NCBI RefSeq assembly: GCF_009914755.1 | Contig: NC_060927.1 | Source: the human T2T-CHM13v2.0 reference genome, Homo sapiens | Direction: 5' to 3' (one strand) | Length of the DNA stretch: 64,000 bases | Part shown: positions 47,601 through 64,000 of the stretch, piece after piece | Position numbering within the stretch: position 1 is the stretch's first letter | How the letters are laid out: every line of letters begins with the position of its first letter | Notes under the pieces: model-generated | Seen by the model: only the letters and a program-made list of their open reading frames with translations | Told to the model about the DNA's origin: nothing | Databases searched by the model: none | Translations under genes and position numbers: made by a program

Positions 47601-50600
47601 CAGATCCTACAGAAAGACTCTTTCCAAACTGCTCAATCAAAAGTAAGCTTCAACTCCATGAAATGAATGCTCACATCAAAAAAGTTTCTCAGAAAGCTTC
47701 TGTCTTGTTTTTATATGAAGATATTTCCTTTTTCACTATACGACACAAAGCATTCACAAATATCACTTTGCAGATTCTACAAAAAGACTGTCTCCAAACT
47801 GCTCATTAAAAAGAATGGTTCAACTCTGTGACACGAATGAATACATCACAAAGAAACTTTTCAGAATGCTTCTCTGTAGTTTTTTTATGAATATATTTTC
47901 TTTCTCACAGCAGGCCTCAAACCTCTCACAAATATCCCTTTACAGATTCTCCAAAAAGACAGTTTCCCAACTGCTCAATCAAAAGAGATGTTCAACTCTG
48001 TGTGATGATGGCAGACATCACAAGGAAGTCTCTCAGAAAGCTTCTGTCTACTTTTTATGTGAAGATATTTCCTTTTTCACCACTGGCCTAAAACTGCCTT
48101 CATATACCCTTTGGAGATAATACAAAAAGACTGCTTGCAAACTGTTCAATTCAAAGAAAGTTTCAACATTTTGAGATGAATGCACACATCAAAAAGGTGT
48201 TTCTCAGAAAGCTTCTGTCTAGTTTTTAAGTAAAGACATTTCATTTTTTCAAAATTGGCCACAAAGAGATCACAAATATCCCTTTACAGATTCTCCAAAA
48301 AGACTGTTTCCAACTTGCACAATCAAAAGAGATGTTCAACTCTGTGTGATGAATGCACACAACACAAAGAAGTTTCTCAGAAAGTGTCTGTCCAGATTTT
48401 ATGAGTAGATATTTCCTGTTCCAATATAGGCCTCAAAGTGCTCCAAATATCCATCTGCAGATACTACAAAAAGCCTATTTCCAAACTGCTCAATCAAAAG
48501 AAATGTTCATGTCTGTGGGTTGAATGCACACATCACAAAGTTTTTCAGAATGCTTCTGTTTAGTTTTAATGTGAAAATATTCCTTTTTCCACCAGAGGAC
48601 TCAAAGCTCTCCAAATATCCAATTGCAGATTCTACAATAAGAGAGTTTCAAAACTGCTCAATCAAAAGAAAACTTCAACTCTGTGAGATGAATGCACATA
48701 TCACAAAGAAGTTTCTCAGAATACTTCTGTCTAGTTTTTACTTGAAGATATTTGCTTTTCCACTATAGGCTGCAAAGTGCTTCAAATATCCAATTGCACA
48801 TTCTACAAAAAGAGTGTTTCAATACTGTTCTATCAAAAGAAAGTTTGAACACTGTGAGAAAAATCCACTCAACACAAAGCAGTTTCTCAGAACTCTTCTG
48901 TCCAGTTTTTATGTGAATTTATTTCCTTTTCCACAAGAGGCCGCAAAGCGATCCGAATATCTACTTGAAGATACTACAGAAAGAGTATTTCAAAACTACT
49001 CAATCAAAAGAAAGGTTCAACTCTGTGAGCTGAATGCACACATCACAAAGAAGTTTCTCAGAATGCTTCTGTGTAGTTTTTCTGTGAAGATATTTCCTTT
49101 TCCACTATAGGCCTCAAATTGCTCCAAATATCCACCTGCAGATTCTACAAAAAGAGTGTTTCAAAACTGCTCAATCAAAAGAAAGGCTCTACTCTATGAG
49201 TTGAATGCACACATCACAAAGTTGTTTCTGAGAATGCTTCTGTCTAGCTTTTATGTGAAGGTATTTCCTTTTCAACCATAAGCCTCAAAGCACTCCAAAT
49301 ATCCACTTGCAGATTCTACAAAAAGAGTGTTTCAAAACTGCTCAAGCAAAAGATAGATTCAGCTCTGTGTTTTGAATGCACACATCAATAAGAAGTTTCT
49401 CGGAATGATTCTGTCTGGTTTTTATGTGAAGATAATTCTTTTTCCAGTATAGGCTTCAAATCGCTCCAAATATTCTTTTGCAGATACTACAAAATGACTG
49501 TTTCCAAGCTATTCAATCAAAAGAAAGATTCAACTCCGTGAGTTGAATTCACAAATCACCAAGAAGTTTCTCAGAATGCTTCTGTCTAGTTTTTATGTGA
49601 AGATATTTCCTTTTCCAACATAGGCCTCAAAGGGTTCCAAATATCCACCTGCAGAGTCTACAAAAAAAGTGTTTCAAAACTGCTCAATCAAAAGAAATTT
49701 CAACTCTGTGAGATGACTGCACACATCAGAAGGAAGTTTCACAGAATGTTTCTGTCTAGTTTTTCTGTGAAGATATTTCCTTTTCCACTATAAGCCACAA
49801 AGTGCTCCGAATATCCACTTGCTGGTTCTACAAAAAGAGTTTTTCAAAATTGTTCAATCAAAAGAAATATTCAACTCTGTGAGATGAATGCACTCATCAC
49901 AAAGAGGTTTCTCAGAATGTTTCTGTCTATTTTCTATGTGAAGATATTTCCCTTTGCACTAGAGGCCGCAAAGCGCTCCAAATACCCACATGCAGATTCT
50001 TAAAAAGCATGTACCAAAACTGCTCAAGGAAAGGAAAAGTTCAACTCTGTGAGTTGAACGCACACATCACAAAGAAGTTTTCAGAATGCTTCTGTCTAGT
50101 TTTTATTTGAAGATATTTCCCTTTACACTAGAGCCTGAAAAGACCTCTACATATCCACTTGCAGATTCTACAAAAGGACTGTTTCAAAACTGCTCGGTCA
50201 GAAAAAGGTTGTACTCTGTGGGTTGAATGCACACATCACAAAGAAGTTTCTCACAATGCTTCAGTCTAGTTTTTAAGTGAAGATATTTCCTTACCCACCA
50301 CAGGCCTCAAAGCTCTCCCAATATCCACCTGCAGATTCTACAAGAAGAGTGTTTCAAAACTGCTCAATCAAAAGAAAGTTTCAACTCTGTGAGTTGAAGG
50401 CACACATCACAAAGTAGTTTTGCAGAATGCTTCTGTCTAGTTTTTATGTGATGATATTTCCTTTTCCAGTAGAGACCTCAAAGCGCTCCAAATATCTACT
50501 TGTAGATTCTACAAAAAGTGTGTTTCAAAACTACTCAATCAAAAGAAATGTTCAACTATGTGAGATGAATGCACACATCCAAAGAAGTTTCTCAGAATGC

Positions 50601-50780
50601 CTCTGTCTAGTTTTTATGTGAAAATGTTTCCTTTTCCACTTTAGGTCCCAAATCGCTCAAAATATCCATTGGCAGATAATACAAAAAGACTGTTTCCAAA
50701 ATGCTCAATCAAAAGAAAAGTTTATGCCTGTGAGTACAGTGCACACATCACAAAGAAGTTTCTCAGAATTCTTCTGTATA
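20688..50780. repeat. Alpha satellite, divergent monomeric array with interleaved monomer types
   Basis: ~30 kb of uninterrupted ~171-bp monomers in the same orientation, with occasional short indels. Confidence 0.98.
31221..32960. repeat. Direct tandem duplication of 854 bp (5 alpha monomers)
   Basis: 31221-32074 and 32075-32928 show no mismatch on reading; the 32-mer TCCAAATATCCACTTGCAGATTTTACAAAAAG recurs at 31221, 32075 and 32929. Confidence 0.93.
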
Positions 50781-58509
<7,729 letters not shown>

Positions 58510-61500
58510 GAAAAGAAATGTTCAACTCTGAGTTGAAAGCACACATCACAAAAACTTTCTCAGAATGCCTCTGTATAGTTTTTATGTGAAGGTATTTCCT
58601 TTTGCACCTTAGGCCTCAAAACAATCCAAATGTAGATTTGCAGATTCTACAAAAAGAGTGTTTCAAAACAGCTCAATCAAAAGACAGTTTCAACTCTGTG
58701 AGATGAATGCACACATCACAAAGAGGTTTCTCGTAATGCTTCTGTGTATTTTTTATGTGAAGGTATTACCTTTTACACTGGATGCCGAAAAGCACTCCAA
58801 ATATACACTTGCAGATTCTACAAAAAGAGTGTTTCAAAACTGGCCAATCAAAAGAAATGTTCAACTCTGGGACATGAATGCACACATCAAGAAGAAATTT
58901 CTCATAATGCTTTTGTCTAATTTTTATGTGAAGATATTTCCTTTTCCACTATAGATCTCAAAGCACTCCAAATATCCACTTGCAGATACTACAAAAAGAC
59001 TGTTTCCAAACTGCTGAATCAAAGGAAAACTTCAACTCTGTAAGTAGTATGCACACATCACAAAGAAGTTTCTCATAATGCTTTTGTCTAATTTTTATGT
59101 GAAGATATTTCCTTTTCCAATAGCGGTCTCAAAGCGATCAACATATACATTAGAACATACTAAAAAAAACTCTTTCCAAACAGCTCCATCAAAAGATAGG
59201 TTCAACTCTGTGAGTTGAATGCACACATCAAAAACAAGCTTCTCAGAATGCTTCTGTCTAGTTTTTACATAAAGATATTTCCTTTATCAATAGGCCTCAA
59301 ATCGCTCCAAATATCCACTTGCAGATTCTACAAAAAGAGAGTTTCAAAACTACTCAATCAAAAGAAATGTTCAACTCTGTGAAATGAATGCAAACATAAC
59401 AATGCAGTTTCTCAGAATGCTTCTGTCTAGTTTTTATGTGAAGATATTTCCTTCTCCATTATAGGCCACAAAGCGCTCTAAATATCCATTTGTAGTTTCT
59501 ACAAAAAGAGTGTTTCAAAACTTCTCAAACAAAAGAAATGTTCAACTCTGTGGGATGAATGCACACATCACAAAGTAGTTTCTCAGATGCTTCTGTATAG
59601 TTTTTATGTGAAGATATTTCCTTTTCCACTATATGGCTCAAAGCGCTCCAAATATCGATTTGAAGATACTACAAAAAAATTTTTTCCAAACTGCTCAATC
59701 AAAACAATGGTTCAACATTGTGAGTTGAATGCACTCATGACAAAAAAGTTTCTCAGAATGCTTCTGTCTAGTTTTTGTGAAGATATTTCCATTTTCACCA
59801 AGTGCCTCAAAGCTCCCCAAATATCCATCTGCACATTCTACAAAAAGAGTGTTTCAAAACAGCCCAATCGAAAGAAAAGTTCAACCTTGTGAGATGAATG
59901 CACACATCAAAAAGAAGTTTCTCAGAATGCTTCAGTATAGTTTTCATGTGAAGATATTTCCTTTTCCACTATCGGCCGCAAAGCGCTTCAAATATCCATC
60001 TGCAGATTGTACAAAAAATTTTTTCAATACTGCAAATCAAAAGAAAGATTCAGCTCTGTGACACGAATACCACATCGCAAGGAAGTTTCCTAGAATGCTT
60101 CTGTCTAGTTTGTATGTGAAGATATTTCCTTTTCCACACTAGGCCTCAAAGCGCTCGAAATATACATTTGCAGATACTACAAAAAGACTTTCCAAACTGC
60201 TCAATCAAAAGAAAAGTTCAACTTGTGAGTTGAATGCACACATGACAAATAAGATTTTCAGAATGCTTCTGTCTAGTTTTTATGTGAAGATATTTCCTTT
60301 TCCACCATAAGCCTCACAGAGCTCCAAATAACCACTTGCAGATACTACAAAAAGAGTGTTTCAAATCTGCCCAAGCAAAATAAAGGTTCAATTATGTGAG
60401 ATAAATACACACATCACAAAGAAGATTCTGAGAGGGCTTCTGTCTAGTTTTTATGTAAAGATATTTCCTTTTCCACCATAGGCCTCAAAGCGCTAAAACT
60501 ATAAATTAGAACATACTAAAAAAGACTCTTTCCAAACTATTCCATCAAAAGAAATATTCAGCTCTGTGAGTTGAATGCACGCATCACAAAGAAGTTTCTT
60601 AGAATGCTTTTGTCTAGTTTTCATGTGAAGATATTTCCTTTTCCAACAAAGGCCTCAAATCACTCCAAATATCCACTTTCAGATTCTACAAAAAGTGTGT
60701 TTCAAATCTGCTCAATCAAAAGCAAGGTTGAACTCTGTGAGATGAATGAACACATCACAAAAACGTTTCTCAGAATGCTGTTGGCCAGTATTTATGTGAA
60801 GATATTTCCTTTTCCACCATAGGTGGAAAAGCGCTCCAAAAACCCACTTGTAGATTCTACAAAAAGAATGTCTCAAAACTGCTCAATCAAAAACAGGTTC
60901 AAGTGTGTGGGATGAATGCACACATCACAAAGAAGTTTATCAGAATACTTCTGTCTAGTTTTTATGGGAAGATATTTACATATCCACTACAAGCCTCAAA
61001 ACGTTCCAAATATCCATTTGCAGACACTACAAAAAAACTGTTTCCAAATTGCTCAATCAAACGAAAAGTTCAAATCTGTGAGTTGAATACACACATCACA
61101 AAGCAGTGTCTCAGAATGCTTCTGTCTAGTTTTTATGTAAAGATATTTCCTTTTCCAACATAAGCCTCAGAACGCTCCAAATATCCACTTGCAAATCCTA
61201 CAAAAACAGTGTTTCAAAACTGCTCAATCAAAACAAAGGTTCAACTCTGTGATATGAATGCACACATCACAAATAAGTTTCTCAGAATGCTTCTGTCTGG
61301 TTTGTATATGAAGATATTTCCTTTTCCAATATAGCACTCAAAGCACTTCAAATATCCATTTGCATATACTACAAAAAGACTTTTTCCAAACTGCTCAATC
61401 AAAGGAAAGATTCAACTCTGTGAGGTGAATGCACACAAACAAAGAAGTTTCTCAGAATGCTTCTGTCTAGTTTTTATGTGAAGATATTTCCTTTTTCAGG

Positions 61501-63860
61501 ATAGGCCTCAAAACGCTCCAAATATCCACTTGCGGATTCTGCAAAAAGAGTGTTTCAGAACTACTCAATCCAAAGAAGCCTTCAACACTGTGAGATAAAT
61601 ACATACATCACAAAGAAGTTTCTCAGAATGCTTCTGTCTAATTTTTATGTGAAGATATTTCCTTTCCCACTATACACATCAAAGCGCTCCAAATATCCAC
61701 TTGCAAATACGACAAAAAGACTCTTTCCAAACTCGTCAATCAAAAGAAATGTTCAACTCTGTGAGTTGAATGCACACATGACAATGAAGTTTCTAAGAAT
61801 ACTTCTGTCTAGCGTTCATGTGAAGATAGTTCATTATACAGAATATGCCTCAAAGTACTCCAAATATCCACTTGCAATTTCTACAAAAAGTCTGTTTCAA
61901 ACTGCTTAATCAAAAGAAATGTTCAGCTCTGTGAAATGAATGTGCACATCACAAAGAAGTTTCTCGGAATGCTTGTGTCTTTTTTTTATGTGAAGATATT
62001 TCCATTTTCACCACAGGCCTTATACCAGTCACAAATATCCCTCTACAGATACTACAAAAAGACTGTTTCCAAACTGCTCCATAAAAAGAAACCTTTAAAT
62101 ATCTGAGATAAATGCACACATCACAAGGAAGTTTCTGAGAATGGTTCTGTCTGGTTTTTATGTGAGGATATTTCCTTTTCCACTATAGGCCGCAAAGCGC
62201 TCTAAATATCCCCTTGCAGATCCTACAAAAACAGTGTTTCGAAACTGTTCAATGAAAAGAAATGTTCAACTCTGTGAAGTGAATGCACACATCACAAATA
62301 AGTTTCTGAGAATGCTTCTGTATAGTTGTTATGTGAAGATATTTCCCTTTCCACCTTATGCCTCAAAGCTCTCCAAATATCCATTTGCAGATGGTACAAA
62401 AAGACTTTTTCCAAACTGCTCAATCAAAAGAAAGGTGCAACTCCGTGAGTTGAATGCACACATCACAAAGAAGTTTGTCAGAATGCTTCTGTCTAGTTTT
62501 TATGTGAAGATATTTCCTTTTCCCCTGTAGGCCTCAAAGGGCACCAAATATCCACCTGCAGATTCTACAAAAAGAGTGTTTCAAAACTGTCTAGTCAAAA
62601 GAAAGGTTCAACTCTGTGACATGAATGCACATATCACAAAGAAGTTTCTCATAATGCTTTTGTCTAATTTTTATTTGAATGTATTTTCTTTTACACTATA
62701 GAACTCAAAGCGCTCCAAATATGCATTTGAGCATACTAAAAAAGACTCTTTCCAAAATGCTCCATCAAAGGAAATATGCAACTCTGTGAGTTGAATGCAC
62801 ACATCACAAAGAAATTTCCCAGAAAGCTTCTGTCTAGTTTTTATGTGAAGATATTTCCTTTTCCACTATAGGCCTCAAAGCCCTCCAAATATCCACTTGC
62901 AGATACTAGAAAAATACTTTTCCAAACTGCACAATCAAAAGATAGGTTCAACTCTGTAAGTTGTATGCACTCATCACAAAGAAGTTTCTCACAATGCTTT
63001 TGTCTAATTTTTACTTGAAGATATTTCCTTTTCCATTAGGGCCCTCAAAGCAATCAAAATATACATTAGAACATACTAAAAAAGACTCCTTGAAAACTGC
63101 TCCATCAAAAGAAAGGTGCACCTCTGTGAGTTGAATGCGCACATCACAATGAAATTTCACAGAATGCTTCTGTCTAGTTTTTATGTGAAAATATTTCCTT
63201 TTTCACCATAGGCCTTAAAGCACTCAAAATATCCCCTTGAAGATTCTGCAAATAGAGTGCTTCAATCCTGCTCTATTAAAAGAAAGATTCAACTCTGTGA
63301 AATGAATGCACATATCACAAAAATTTTCTCACAATGCTTCTGTCTGGTTTTTATGTGAAGATATTTCCTTTTCCACTACAGACCGCAAAGCACTCAAAAT
63401 ATGCACTTGTAGATTCTACAAAAAGTGTGTTTCAAAACTGCTCAATCAAAACAAATATTCAAATTCCTGAGTTGAATGCACACACCAAAAAGCAGTTTCT
63501 CAGAATGCTTCTGTTTAGTTTTTATGTGAAGTTATTTGCTTTTCCACTATAGGGCTCAAAGCGCTCCAAATATCCATTAGCCGATACTACAAAAGACTGT
63601 TTCCAAACTGCTCAATGAAAAGAATGGTTCAACTTTGTCAGTTGAGTGCACTTATCACAAAGAAGTTTCTCAGAAGGCTTCTCTCTAGTTTTCATGTGAA
63701 GATATCTCCTTTTCCACCATAGGACTCAAAGCGCTCCAAATATCCACCTGCAGACTCGTCAAAAAGGGTTTTTCAAAACTGCTCAAAAAAAACAAAGGTT
63801 TAACTCTGTGAGATGAATGCACACATCACAAAGAAGTTTCTCTGAATACTTCCTTCTAAC
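58510..63860. repeat. Alpha satellite, divergent monomeric array
   Basis: ~171-bp monomers in the same orientation as the rest of the window. Confidence 0.98.
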
Positions 63861-64000
63861 TTCTTTTTTTATACTTTAAGTTTTAGGGTACATGTGCACA
63901 TTGTGCAGGTTAGTTACATAGTTATACATGTGCCATGCTGGTGTGCTACACCCACTAACTCGTCATCTAGCATTAGGTATATCTCCCAATGCTATCCCTC
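63861..64000 (-). mobile_element. 3' end of an antisense LINE-1 (L1PA2-like), running off the window
   Basis: T-tail, then reverse complement of ...GCATTGGGAGATATACCTAATGCTAGATGACGAGTTAGTGGG...TGCACAATGTGCACATGTACCCTAAAACTTAAAGTAT (GAG and A non-Ta diagnostics). Confidence 0.88.

Overview
Human pericentromeric DNA. About 48.5 kb is divergent monomeric (non-HOR) ~171-bp alpha satellite, all in one orientation and with no CENP-B box seen. It is interrupted by LINE-1 sequence at four sites. (1) 668-2038: a 5'-inverted, internally deleted L1PA3/4-like insertion with an 11-bp TSD. (2) 14627-20687: a near full-length L1HS with Ta-1nd diagnostics, a 20-bp TSD, single nonsense codons in ORF1 and ORF2, an intact ORF0 and a 16-nt 3' tag between two A tracts. 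(3) 50781-58509: two L1s joined head-to-head into a ~3.1-kb-arm inverted repeat. The arms share many private, even inactivating, mutations but have 3' tips of different subfamilies, and only the right arm carries a ~110-nt 3' transduction. (4) 63861-64000: the 3' end of an antisense L1PA2. The satellite records turnover at several ages: a seemingly perfect 854-bp (5-monomer) tandem duplication, a ~208-bp near-identical patch 25.5 kb apart, and relic multi-monomer blocks. No host genes or RNA genes are supported, and the many short satellite ORFs are artefacts. I found no new gene-encoded system; the strongest novelty candidates are structural (the chimeric L1 palindrome, the nascent HOR, and fixed strand-specific L1 target sites in the monomer). 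All comparisons were made by eye, and subfamily calls rely on recalled consensus diagnostics.
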